This document shows, piece by piece, positions 36,369-45,711 of a stretch of DNA of 53,815 nucleotides. Origin of the DNA: an uncultured Gammaproteobacteria bacterium (lineage in GTDB: Bacteria > Patescibacteriota > Microgenomatia > PFEM01 > CAYPPS01); the NCBI GenBank assembly GCA_964412685.1, contig CAYPPS010000001.1, positions 11,835 to 65,649 of the forward strand, read 5' to 3'. The translations under genes and the position numbers were made by a program. Below the pieces are notes generated by a model. It saw only the letters and a program-made list of their open reading frames with translations, ran no database searches and was not told where the DNA came from. The stretch's first letter is position 1. The number at the start of each line of letters is the position of its first letter.

Positions 36369-36794
36369 ATGCCTGTTTTTGCAATCGAGAAAAGAGTAAT
36401 AGTACCTTTCATGCGTGCTCTGGTGGAGCAGAGAGCTAGACGAGCTTTAGAAGAAACTCAAGTTCGGGAAGAAAAACAGGAATTTCCAAATTTGACTCCT
36501 TTTGCTCCTATGTTGTCTCAGTGCTTAGCGCGAGTATCCCGAGGGACAGGTGGCGACGAAGAAAGCTTTGAAGCCTCGACGGAATTAGGTGGCGACGAAG
36601 GCGAACTAGAGGAATCCATTGAGCATTGTCAAAAAGTGGGAATTGCTCCAAATCAGTTAGCTAAAGTTCTTGTTGAACCCGCGGTTTTAAGAGCGGTTGC
36701 TTTTGGAGATTTAAGCCTTGACACTGTTGCAGGAATTGAAGCCACTTTAACAGTAATGCTAAGTGGGGCTTTTGAAAAATTCAGCGAGATTTAA
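36369..36794 (+). CDS. hypothetical acidic protein (141 aa)
   Basis: ORF with TGgTAAAAT 11 nt upstream. No recognisable motif. Confidence 0.45.
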   Translation: MPVFAIEKRVIVPFMRALVEQRARRALEETQVREEKQEFPNLTPFAPMLSQCLARVSRGTGGDEESFEASTELGGDEGELEESIEHCQKVGIAPNQLAKVLVEPAVLRAVAFGDLSLDTVAGIEATLTVMLSGAFEKFSEI

Positions 36795-36796
36795 TC

Positions 36797-37084
36797 TTAG
36801 TAAGCAGATCTTTCCCGAGAAGACAATTCCCTGACTCCGGCTCTTGTTGTTTTTCCATCGGAAGCTCGGATTTTTCTGACCGTGAAGGTGTGACCTTGCT
36901 CATTTTCGTAAACCTGTCCGATTGGGATAAGCACGGGGGGGTGTAAATCAACGTCGTGTCCTTCTCCGGGAATAAAGGGTTGGTTAACATCTTCCAAAGA
37001 GCTTTCGGGTTCTCTGGGAAGACTAAACCCTTCCTGGCCAGGCCTAAGAAAGCTTTTTTGTTTCGCGATATTTCCTTCTGCCAT
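36797..37084 (-). CDS. hypothetical protein (95 aa)
   Basis: ORF convergent with the previous one. TAGAAT lies 7 nt upstream of its ATG on the minus strand. No motif recognised. Confidence 0.45.
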   Translation of the reverse strand: MAEGNIAKQKSFLRPGQEGFSLPREPESSLEDVNQPFIPGEGHDVDLHPPVLIPIGQVYENEQGHTFTVRKIRASDGKTTRAGVRELSSRERSAY

Positions 37085-37117
37085 TTACTCTATTCTACTA
37101 CACGACGGCTAGGTTTT

Positions 37118-37126
37118 TGCTACAAT
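37118..37126 (+). promoter_or_regulatory. extended -10 element (TGcTACAAT) 7 nt upstream of the ATG at 37134
   Basis: The sequence reads ttTGcTACAATtaatttcATG. A divergent TAGAAT (37092-37097, minus strand) serves the 95-aa ORF. Confidence 0.45.
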
Positions 37127-37133
37127 TAATTTC

Positions 37134-37526
37134 ATGGACCAAGTGACACCTGATTTAACTTACGGTTTTATTCATACCGTTTACGCCACTTTCATTCATA
37201 ATTACATTCTTTTTGCCTATCTACTTGGTCTTTCCATTGCCCTGATATTGGCCTTTAAAAAGCCAAGCCGTTACAGTTTTTTTCTTATCTTGGGTTTTGC
37301 CGTTTTAGCTTTCAGTTTTGAGTACGATAAACACATTATCGAAGGTTTAAGAGAACAAACCCTTCAGTCACTAATAATCGAGAAACCTCATTATACTGCC
37401 CAGAAATGGGTCAGCGTTTTTATTAGCGAAATTTTGCCGCTTTTCTTTTATGCTCTAGGCTGGCTGCTTATTTATATTGCCATTCTTATTGGTGGTTTAA
37501 AACATGGATCGACAGACGGAAAATAA
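37134..37526 (+). CDS. hypothetical membrane protein (130 aa, ~4 TM)
   Basis: Hydrophobic ORF and the first gene of a same-strand run that continues into the P-type ATPase. Confidence 0.55.
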   Translation: MDQVTPDLTYGFIHTVYATFIHNYILFAYLLGLSIALILAFKKPSRYSFFLILGFAVLAFSFEYDKHIIEGLREQTLQSLIIEKPHYTAQKWVSVFISEILPLFFYALGWLLIYIAILIGGLKHGSTDGK

Positions 37527-38490
37527 TCTATTGCCACCTAAGGCGCTGGAGTGCAAGTCGAGGATTTTGAAATCTCCAGAAGGTAAGTGTAATACAAAAA
37601 ACAATCCCGTTTTACTGCCCGAGATAAATGAGCCTTATAGAGGACAATTCTCGAGACTCTTTTTGGAGCCTTTGCCAGACCTAGAATTTGGGTTGGGGGC
37701 TAGTCTTATGAAAGAACGATTGGAAAAAGGGGCGAAAGAGAGAGAGGGTCAGGATTTGTACTTGCCTAAAAGTGTTGCTCGGCTTGTAGATTTGGCTCAC
37801 GAAGCCCTCGGGCCGCCGGATGGAGCTTTGGGAGTACTTAAGGCCTATCGGCCTAATGTTTTCATCTGGGGGTCTAGGGAGGCAGGTTTTCCTTCTGATT
37901 ATCCCGGAAGGGACGGCTCGGAAATAGGTTTAATTGGAGTGGACCTGGATTTTACTCCCGAGGGTACTAAAGAAAAGGATCGATACCGTTTAAGTTTTTT
38001 CCCCTATCGATTACGGGCTTATACCACCGCTCGAGGGAAGCTTTTTAGGTCGATCGAAGGGTGTGAGCCTGCTGTGGCAAGGCAAATATTGACCCAGCAG
38101 GGTAAATCTCCGGAGATAATTTCAGAAATTATTGCTAGTTTGGAGGAAGAGGATCCATACATATCTCTGCTTAATGATAAGTGTGGTTATCGCATCAGGT
38201 TAAGTAGTGATGGAAGTTTGTGGTTCGGTCTTTGGATTAACGACGTTCGCTTTCTTGTTTCTGATAACGACGATTCTGTTCCCTTGAAGGGAAAGACACA
38301 TCAAGTGGAGCTTTGGGAGTCAGGGGACAAATACGGATTGGATAAAAAAAGAGCTGCTTTAGAAAGAAAGTTTCGTCGTAGGGTTTCTTATGATGAAGCT
38401 TTTGCGAGTCTTTGCTTGGGGACGGCTCGCGGCCTTACCGGGTTTGAAGAAACCGCCGCTTCAATTTTAGAGAACTATGAAAAACGATAA
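37504..38490 (+). CDS. hypothetical protein (328 aa)
   Basis: Long ORF overlapping the upstream gene by 23 nt and the ATPase gene by 14 nt. No recognisable motif. Confidence 0.55.
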   Translation: MDRQTENNLLPPKALECKSRILKSPEGKCNTKNNPVLLPEINEPYRGQFSRLFLEPLPDLEFGLGASLMKERLEKGAKEREGQDLYLPKSVARLVDLAHEALGPPDGALGVLKAYRPNVFIWGSREAGFPSDYPGRDGSEIGLIGVDLDFTPEGTKEKDRYRLSFFPYRLRAYTTARGKLFRSIEGCEPAVARQILTQQGKSPEIISEIIASLEEEDPYISLLNDKCGYRIRLSSDGSLWFGLWINDVRFLVSDNDDSVPLKGKTHQVELWESGDKYGLDKKRAALERKFRRRVSYDEAFASLCLGTARGLTGFEETAASILENYEKR

Positions 38491-40906
38491 ATTGAATTTC
38501 GGTTTGACTATCAAAGAGGCGGAAGAGAAATTGGCCCAGCATGGGCCAAATGAATTGGAGAAAAAGAAAGATTTGGGAGCCTTAAAAGTTTTACTTTCTC
38601 AATTTACTTCACCCTTAGTTTATATCTTAGTTATTGCGGCGATAGTAACTTTTCTTTTGGGGGATACTTTAGACTCTACGGTTATCTTCCTGGCGGTTTT
38701 AATTAACACTGTCCTTGGTTTTTATCAGGAACATAAAGCCCAAAAGGCCTTGAGCGCCTTAAGTGATTTATTAGAACCGGAAGCAAAGGTAATCCGTGAT
38801 GGTCAGCAACAAGTCATTAAAGCCAGCTTGATTGTTCCTGGAGATGTTTGCATCTTGACTATTGGTGGTCGAATTCCGGCTGATGGAGTTTTACTTAAAA
38901 CTTCCGATCTTTCGATTAATGAAGCGATTTTAACCGGTGAAAGCGCGGCGGTGAAAAAGAAAATCAAAGCCTCAGTTTTTGCCGGCACTATGGTCACGAC
39001 CGGGATTGCTCGGATGCTGGTTTCAAAGACCGGAATGCAGACGGAGATTGGTCGAATTGGCAAAAACGTCTCTTCACTTGAAGATCAAAAAACGCCTCTG
39101 CAGATTCAATTGGCTAAATTGGCCAACACTTTGGCTATCTTGGTGGGGATTATTACTGTAGGCATTTTTGTTTTAGGTGAATTAACCGGCTATCCGCCGT
39201 TGGAAATGTTTACTGTCAGTGTGGCGATTGCGGTCGCGGCTATTCCTGAAGGATTAGTCGTGGCGGTAACGGTAATTTTGGCTTTGGGGATGCAACGGAT
39301 TTTAAAGCGGAAAGCAATTGTTAGAAAACTAGTTGCGGCGGAAACTCTAGGCTCGATTAACGTCATTGCTTCGGATAAAACCGGGACTTTGACCGAAGGC
39401 GAGATGCGAGTGGTGGATCATGATTTTATTGACCTTAAATTGGGTCAAAAGGTGGCTATTCTCTGCAATGATCTGCGTGATCCTTTGGAAATTTCAATGT
39501 GGGAGTGGGCAGTTGAAGCGGGTTTGGAGCCAAAATCTTTGCAAGCAGAAAATCCGCGTCTGGATGAAATTCCCTTTTCACCAGATTATAAAATGATTGC
39601 CACTTTGCATCCTGAATTGCTCTTGGTTTCCGGAGCCCCAGAGGTAATTTTGAATCGTTCTCAACTTAGCGGTAAAGAAAAAGATAAATGGCTGGAAAAA
39701 TTTTCTGAGTTCGGTAATCAAAGTTATCGTTTGGTTGGCTTTGCTTTTAAGAAAGTCTCTAAGACAAAAAAGAAGATGGTTTTAAGTGAATTAAAAGACC
39801 TCTCGTGGTTGGGAGTTTTAGTTTATGAGGATCCAATCCGTTCCGGAGTGAAAGAGGCTTTCCAGCAGGCGCGGAAAGCGGGTATAGAAATAAAAGTAAT
39901 CACCGGTGATTACTTGTCGACCGCTCAGGCTGTTTTGAGGAAATTAGGCTTAGAAACTAAAGGTAAATCAATTGAGGGAGAAGCTTTAAGCAAGTTGGGA
40001 GGAGAAGAATATCAAACTCAGGTTGGACGGACAATTCTTTTTGCCCGGACTTCTCCGGAAGAAAAATTGAACATCGTCCAGGCTTTGCAAAGTAAAGGCA
40101 AAGTGGTGGCGATGACTGGCGATGGGGTTAATGATGCTCCGGCGTTGAAAGCGGCGGACATTGGTATTGTCGTTAATGACGCCTCTGATGTCTCTAAACA
40201 AATAGCCGATATGGTTTTGCTTGATTCTAATTTTGCGACTGTTATCGCGGCGGTTCGTGAAGGCCGGGTGATTTTTGAAAACATCAAGAAGGTCGTCCTT
40301 TATCTGCTTTCTCATAGTTTTACCGAAGTGATTTTGATTGGTGGTTCAATCATTATCGGTTTGCCTTTACCGGTAACAGCGGTTCAGATCCTTTGGGTCA
40401 ATTTGGTTGAAGATAGTTTGCCGGGGATAGCTCTGGCTTACGAGCCGGAAGAAGGACAGGTGATGAGTCAGTCGCCAAGAAAGAAACGGGCTCCTATTCT
40501 GGATGGCGAATTGAAATTATTAATTTTCGTGATTGGAATTTTGACCGACGTTACTTTATTAGGACTTTTTTATTACTTAAGCCAAGGTGGTTTTCACTTG
40601 CACTACATTCAAACAGTCATGTTTGCTGCTTTAGCAATTGATTCTCCCTTCATTTGCTTGGCTTCACGTTCTTTAAAAAAGAGTGCTTTTAGAACCAATT
40701 TTTTTGCTAATCGATTCTTGATTTTCGCTCTAGGAGTTAGTTTTTTATTATTGTTGACGGCGATCTATTGGCCACCTCTACAGAGACTTTTGAATACCCA
40801 CCCCTTGGGCTTGAACGAGTGGCTTTTCTTGTTAGCCTTGGGATTGTTTAATTTCGCGGCCATTGAGGCGGCTAAGTGGGCTTTCCTTCATCGCCACCGC
40901 AATTAG
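38477..40906 (+). CDS. P-type cation-transporting ATPase (P2/Ca2+-type)
   Basis: 809 aa. Motifs TGES, AIPEGL, the phosphorylation site DKTGTLT and the hinge TGDGVNDAPALK. Confidence 0.92.
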   Translation: MKNDKLNFGLTIKEAEEKLAQHGPNELEKKKDLGALKVLLSQFTSPLVYILVIAAIVTFLLGDTLDSTVIFLAVLINTVLGFYQEHKAQKALSALSDLLEPEAKVIRDGQQQVIKASLIVPGDVCILTIGGRIPADGVLLKTSDLSINEAILTGESAAVKKKIKASVFAGTMVTTGIARMLVSKTGMQTEIGRIGKNVSSLEDQKTPLQIQLAKLANTLAILVGIITVGIFVLGELTGYPPLEMFTVSVAIAVAAIPEGLVVAVTVILALGMQRILKRKAIVRKLVAAETLGSINVIASDKTGTLTEGEMRVVDHDFIDLKLGQKVAILCNDLRDPLEISMWEWAVEAGLEPKSLQAENPRLDEIPFSPDYKMIATLHPELLLVSGAPEVILNRSQLSGKEKDKWLEKFSEFGNQSYRLVGFAFKKVSKTKKKMVLSELKDLSWLGVLVYEDPIRSGVKEAFQQARKAGIEIKVITGDYLSTAQAVLRKLGLETKGKSIEGEALSKLGGEEYQTQVGRTILFARTSPEEKLNIVQALQSKGKVVAMTGDGVNDAPALKAADIGIVVNDASDVSKQIADMVLLDSNFATVIAAVREGRVIFENIKKVVLYLLSHSFTEVILIGGSIIIGLPLPVTAVQILWVNLVEDSLPGIALAYEPEEGQVMSQSPRKKRAPILDGELKLLIFVIGILTDVTLLGLFYYLSQGGFHLHYIQTVMFAALAIDSPFICLASRSLKKSAFRTNFFANRFLIFALGVSFLLLLTAIYWPPLQRLLNTHPLGLNEWLFLLALGLFNFAAIEAAKWAFLHRHRN

Positions 40907-40933
40907 TCTTTTTGTGTTAAAATTTTTTTAACG

Positions 40934-41932
40934 ATGATTTTTTTCTACCTGGCTGTGATGGTCATCGCTTCTTTTCTTTTGATTAAAGCGACTGACTTGC
41001 TGGCCATCAATCTAAAGGCTCTCGCTAAAGACACCAAATTGGGTCAATTGGCTCTTTCTGGTTTTATCCTCGCTCTGGCGACTAGCTTGCCGGAATTGTC
41101 GGTTTCTATGGCGGCGGCTTTTTCCCACCAATCTAATTTGGCTTTGGGAGTCGTTTTGGGTTCTAATTTGATTAATCTTTCTTTGGTGATTGGCGGAGCT
41201 TCTCTCTTGGCCGGTCGAGTTATGGTCAAGGGTAAGTTTTTGCGCCAGGATATTTTTTATACCTTCTTGGCCGGAACAGCGCCGATGGTGCTTTTGTTTG
41301 ATCGAAAATTGGGACGGATTGACGGGATCATCTTGCTGGCAATCTATGGTTTTTACAATATCTGGGTTTTGAACGGCCATAAAAGACATCAGGAACTTTT
41401 AGACCAGCACGAAGAAACAATCAAAGATAAAATAAATCATTTTCTGGTTCGCCGTTTAAAAAGTCGTCGAACCAGGAGAGAATTGGCTTGGGTTTTTGTT
41501 GGCCTGGCTTTATTGCTTTTTTCGGCTGAGATTTTAGTTAAGTCGGCTAGCCAAATTGCTTTAGGTTTGAATCTGCCAATTTTGCTAATTGGTTTGTTTC
41601 TAGTCTCTATCGGGACTTCTTTGCCGGAACTGGCTCTTTCGATTCGAGCGATTCAAAAGAAGATGCCTCAAATGGTTTTTGGCAACATTTTAGGTTCAGT
41701 GGCGGCCAACGGAACTTTAATTATTGGTTTGACGGCTCTGGTTCATCCGATTCAAATCGTGGCTTTTAAAGAATATCTACTTGCCACTTTGGCTTTCATT
41801 ATCATCTTTGCTTTCTTTTATCTTTTTACTCTTACTAAGCATCGATTGGACCGATGGGAAGGCCTTTTTCTGCTTTTACTTTTCTTGGTTTTTGCTTTGC
41901 TCGAGCTTACTGGCTGGCTTAATTTTACTTGA
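40934..41932 (+). CDS. Ca2+/cation antiporter (CaCA family, YrbG-like)
   Basis: 332 aa polytopic protein with two alpha-repeats (ATSLPELSVS..GSNLINL and GTSLPELALS..GNILGS). Confidence 0.85.
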   Translation: MIFFYLAVMVIASFLLIKATDLLAINLKALAKDTKLGQLALSGFILALATSLPELSVSMAAAFSHQSNLALGVVLGSNLINLSLVIGGASLLAGRVMVKGKFLRQDIFYTFLAGTAPMVLLFDRKLGRIDGIILLAIYGFYNIWVLNGHKRHQELLDQHEETIKDKINHFLVRRLKSRRTRRELAWVFVGLALLLFSAEILVKSASQIALGLNLPILLIGLFLVSIGTSLPELALSIRAIQKKMPQMVFGNILGSVAANGTLIIGLTALVHPIQIVAFKEYLLATLAFIIIFAFFYLFTLTKHRLDRWEGLFLLLLFLVFALLELTGWLNFT

Positions 41933-41992
41933 CACCTCGGATCTATTTGTGCGACTCTTAGTTAGTGACTTATTGGAAAGGAGGTGAAGAAG

Positions 41993-42322
41993 ATGACTCA
42001 GACTCAAAAAACGACAACTAATTTACCACCTAACACGGCTGCGGCTCTGTCTTACTTGTTCGGTTGGATAACCGGTTTAATTTTCTTGTTGATAGAAAAA
42101 GATCCTTTTGTTCGTTTCCACGCGATGCAATCAGTGATTATTTTCGGCCTGTTGTTTATAATACCGTTCGTTCCTTTTGTTGGTTGGATTTTATCTCCAC
42201 TAGTAATGATTGTTGGCTTTGCTCTTTGGGTGATTCTGATCCTCAAGGCTTATCAAGGAGAGGAATTTGAACTTCCTGTAATCGGAGAGTTTGCCCGCAA
42301 GCAATTAGGCAAAGATAAATAG
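41993..42322 (+). CDS. DUF4870-like small membrane protein
   Basis: AALSYLFGWITGLIFLLIEKDPFVRFHAMQS. The ATG at 41993 is preferred: AAGGAGG ends 8 nt upstream of it. Confidence 0.65.
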   Translation: MTQTQKTTTNLPPNTAAALSYLFGWITGLIFLLIEKDPFVRFHAMQSVIIFGLLFIIPFVPFVGWILSPLVMIVGFALWVILILKAYQGEEFELPVIGEFARKQLGKDK

Positions 42323-42335
42323 TTCTTTTCTTAGA

Positions 42336-42866
42336 ATGAAACTATTAGTAGGCTTGGGTAATCCGGGCAAGCGGTATCGTCGTAACCGGCATAATTTTGG
42401 TTTTATGGTGCTCGATGCTTTGGCGGAGGATTTTGCCCTTGACTGGCGGCTTCATTCCAAATCTAACTCACTTTTAACCAAATTGAACTCGGATGTTTTA
42501 TTGGCCAAGCCGCAAGCACTCATGAATGCCAGTGGAATAGCTCTGGCTAAGTTAGCTGGCTATTATAAGATAAAACCGAAAGATATCTGGGTGATTCACG
42601 ATGAGTTAGATTTGCCTTTGGGACAAGTGAAAGTTAAAACCGGAGGTGGATCGGCGGGTCATCGAGGAGTGGAGTCAATTGTTGAACAACTGAGTGAGAA
42701 GGGTTTTGTTCGTTTTCGCCTTGGGATAGGGCATCCAAGACCAAATGGCCAGGAAGTGGAGGATTACGTCCTGAGCAACTTTGCCGTTGAGGAAAAACCG
42801 CTTGTTGAAGAAATGATAAAGACAACGATCGAATCGATCAAGGCCACTTTGTCAGAAGGCGATTAA
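42336..42866 (+). CDS. pth: peptidyl-tRNA hydrolase
   Basis: 176 aa with GLGNPG, NRHNFGF and VIHDELD motifs. Confidence 0.93.
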   Translation: MKLLVGLGNPGKRYRRNRHNFGFMVLDALAEDFALDWRLHSKSNSLLTKLNSDVLLAKPQALMNASGIALAKLAGYYKIKPKDIWVIHDELDLPLGQVKVKTGGGSAGHRGVESIVEQLSEKGFVRFRLGIGHPRPNGQEVEDYVLSNFAVEEKPLVEEMIKTTIESIKATLSEGD

Positions 42867-42868
42867 AA

Positions 42869-44077
42869 ATGTTCTTATTTAAAAAACCAGATAAACAAAA
42901 ACTACTTTTTCTTTATTTAACCCAATCTTTTCGAGCGGTGGCTGTTTCTTTTTTAGCTTTCTTTTCCTCAATCTTCATTTATAAACAATTTTTACAACAA
43001 ACGGAAAACCCTAAGCTTGCCTTGCTGGCGGTGATTGTTTTTAATTTAGTCCTTTATTTAAGTAAATTGGTTAGCGTTTGCTTGGCGGAAGAAACTGCTC
43101 TTAGGTATGGATTAAAAAAGGACATTATCTTCGGCAATATTTTTGTCGTTTTAGCTTTGTTGGCTTTTGCTTTTTCGGAGAAGCACCTAGGAATTCTTTG
43201 GCTGGGAGCAATTTTCTGGGGAGTTTCGATTGGTTATTTTTGGTTTGGTCGTCACGGTCTGCTGGCTAAAATAGGCAATCGGGAGCAGTATGGCCGTTGT
43301 AGTGGCGGAGCCAGCGCTCTAAGTATGATGATGTTAATCCTGGTTCCCTTTGTCTCTGGGTTCTTGATCGGAAAAGTTGGCTACACGGCGATTTTTCTGG
43401 CCTCACTGGTTTTTATTTTTTTGAGTATTATTTCGGCAGTCTTGCTCAAAGAGGAAAAAACCCATCGCGACACCGATATTAAAGAAGTTTGGAAATTGAT
43501 GAAAACTCACAAAAGAATGACTCTCACCTATTTTAGCGGCGGCGGGATTGGGGTTTTTTATTCGATTCCGTTAATTCTTTTTGTCTTTTTAAACTTGGAA
43601 ACAGAATCAGCTTTTGGTGGTTTTTACTCCTTGTCAATGTTTTTGGTTGCCCTGGCCAGTTTGGGGACCGGCAGATGGATTGACAAGAGGGGCAAAAAAG
43701 ACTTGATTGCTTACGGGGCGGTGATTGCGGCAATTGTTTGGCTGGGTCGTTTTGTGGTTGGAACGATGACCGCCTTTTTCTTTTTTGACGTCATTGATCG
43801 GATTGCCAAAGGAATGACGGGGCTGTCTTTGGACGTTCTTTCTTTTGAGAAAGCAATTGATGGTCACTCCACAGGTAGAGCAATTTTGTTTCGAGAATTG
43901 GGAATTACTGTCGGATCGATTTTTAGTTGTTTAGTTCTTTTTGTTCTGATTTGGCTAGAGGTTGAATTGAAAACGACCTTTCTATTGGGGAGTCTTTTCT
44001 CGCTCCTGCCGCTTTTGATTGTGCGCAAGAAAAAATTACTAGGAGAGTATTTCCATGGTGGTGACGAAGCAAAGTAA
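42869..44077 (+). CDS. MFS-type transporter
   Basis: 402 aa with roughly 12 hydrophobic segments. Confidence 0.65.
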   Translation: MFLFKKPDKQKLLFLYLTQSFRAVAVSFLAFFSSIFIYKQFLQQTENPKLALLAVIVFNLVLYLSKLVSVCLAEETALRYGLKKDIIFGNIFVVLALLAFAFSEKHLGILWLGAIFWGVSIGYFWFGRHGLLAKIGNREQYGRCSGGASALSMMMLILVPFVSGFLIGKVGYTAIFLASLVFIFLSIISAVLLKEEKTHRDTDIKEVWKLMKTHKRMTLTYFSGGGIGVFYSIPLILFVFLNLETESAFGGFYSLSMFLVALASLGTGRWIDKRGKKDLIAYGAVIAAIVWLGRFVVGTMTAFFFFDVIDRIAKGMTGLSLDVLSFEKAIDGHSTGRAILFRELGITVGSIFSCLVLFVLIWLEVELKTTFLLGSLFSLLPLLIVRKKKLLGEYFHGGDEAK

Positions 44078-44357
44078 AAAACCGGTAGGGATGCAATCTC
44101 TGGGCAATCTTTTAAAAGGGTTTGATTGGGATGAGAAAAAATATATTTCCCGAGAATTTCAAGATTACGGCTATCGTTTGGCGGGAGAATTGGGCGATCT
44201 TCAGCATAAATCTCTGTACATCAAGTTGGCCGGAGAAACACCTCGGCATTTGATGGAACAAGCCAGGGTTTTTGTCAAAGATGCGGCGCAAGTAAGGAGC
44301 AAGGGAAGGTTGTTTATGTGGAAATTGAAACAACTCAAAGACGAAAAGAAGAAATAA
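44055..44357 (+). CDS. hypothetical protein (100 aa)
   Basis: AGGAG lies 9 nt upstream of the ATG at 44055. Overlaps the MFS gene by 23 nt. No motif recognised. Confidence 0.5.
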   Translation: MVVTKQSKKPVGMQSLGNLLKGFDWDEKKYISREFQDYGYRLAGELGDLQHKSLYIKLAGETPRHLMEQARVFVKDAAQVRSKGRLFMWKLKQLKDEKKK

Positions 44358-44425
44358 GATTAGGAAGTGACATTTGACCAAAGGGGCAAAATTAGCTTAA
44401 AATTTTCTAAAGTCAATTTATCTTA

Positions 44426-44992
44426 ATGAATTACCTGTCTTTTTTACCTCGAAAGAAAATTGCGGCTCGCTTGGTGGCTCTTTTTTTCTGGCTTTTCTTG
44501 ATCTCCTTTTTTAATTTTCATCTCACTTTTAATTTAGTTTTTCTCTGGCTCGGTGGGTTACTTGGCCTGATCTTGATCGAATTAGACCAACTTTTGTACG
44601 TTTTTTATTTTCATCCACAGCAAGAAGCTAGTCAACAAGTCAAAGCGTTGGTGGCTCAAAAACGTTATCGTCGGGCTCTGAACTGGTTGTTTCAAACTGG
44701 TCCAGGGAGAAAGAAGCTCTCTTTTCACAATGTCTTGTTCCAAGCAATCTTTATCCCTTTTTCTTTTTTGGTCCTGACTTCTTCAGGAAGTTTACTGGGG
44801 GCGGGTATTGTGATGGCGATCCAATTAAGTCTGCTTTTGGATCAGATTAATTTAATTTTAAAGAATCAGGATCAGTTTTTTGGAGAGAAATACTTTTGGC
44901 CAGTTTCGTTTCCGGTTCCTCTGAGACTTAAAAAGGCCTGGGTTTTTTTAATGATAATTGCTTTTATTCTTCTTAATTTATTGATCATTTAA
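44426..44992 (+). CDS. hypothetical polytopic membrane protein
   Basis: 188 aa with 4-5 hydrophobic segments. Confidence 0.55.
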   Translation: MNYLSFLPRKKIAARLVALFFWLFLISFFNFHLTFNLVFLWLGGLLGLILIELDQLLYVFYFHPQQEASQQVKALVAQKRYRRALNWLFQTGPGRKKLSFHNVLFQAIFIPFSFLVLTSSGSLLGAGIVMAIQLSLLLDQINLILKNQDQFFGEKYFWPVSFPVPLRLKKAWVFLMIIAFILLNLLII

Positions 44993-45003
44993 TTTAATAA
45001 AGA

Positions 45004-45708
45004 ATGACGAAAAAGGTTTGGGTAAGAAAATTCGATGGTCAGAAAGAACCCTTCGATGAACAGAAAGCTTTGAATTCAATTTTACGGGCGGGAGTGAACA
45101 AGAAAAATGCCCCTTTAGTTTTAGCTAAAATTGAAAGTCGACTTTATCCGGGGATTTCCACCAAAGAGATTTATGGTTTTTTACACCAAGAATTGAAACA
45201 ATCAGGTTTAAAACCGGAATCAAAATTTTTTCGTTTAAGAGAAGCGTTGGGGAAAATGGGTCCGCTTGATTTTGAGAAATTGGTGGCTCAAATTCTGTCT
45301 TTGGAACGTTTTAATTCAGAATGGAATGTTTTCCTGCAAGGGCGTTGCACTGAGCATCAAATCGACGTGCTAGCCTCTAATAAAGGACAGTCTTACTTGG
45401 TGGAAGTTAAAAGAAGACGGAATCCTCATCGGGATACAGGTTTGGGAGAGATAATTGAGCTTTGGGGTCGGTTTAAAGATATTGGCGAGAGTAGTAAAAA
45501 CGAACGGGCGATTAAGGAAGCTTGGTTGGTTACCAACACCAAGTTCTCCTCGCATGCAAAGAAGTTTGCTCGCTGTCGAGGGATTAGACTTTTGGGTTGG
45601 CGCTACAATACCACCCGCCTCTCTGAAAGTAAAACTGAAGGCCTGGAAAAGATTTTGGAAAGAATCGGCAAGCAAAAAGTGTTAAACTTAATCAATAGTT
45701 TTATTTAG
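45004..45708 (+). CDS. ATP-cone domain fused to an Mrr-like (PD-(D/E)xK) restriction endonuclease domain
   Basis: Residues ~4-85 form an ATP-cone (VWVRKFDGQKEPFDEQKALNSILRAG...ISTKEIYGFL). Residues ~88-200 resemble Mrr_cat (FEKLVAQIL...QIDVLA...YLVEVKRR, i.e. D121/E134/K136). Confidence 0.75.
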   Translation: MTKKVWVRKFDGQKEPFDEQKALNSILRAGVNKKNAPLVLAKIESRLYPGISTKEIYGFLHQELKQSGLKPESKFFRLREALGKMGPLDFEKLVAQILSLERFNSEWNVFLQGRCTEHQIDVLASNKGQSYLVEVKRRRNPHRDTGLGEIIELWGRFKDIGESSKNERAIKEAWLVTNTKFSSHAKKFARCRGIRLLGWRYNTTRLSESKTEGLEKILERIGKQKVLNLINSFI

Positions 45709-45711
45709 AAA

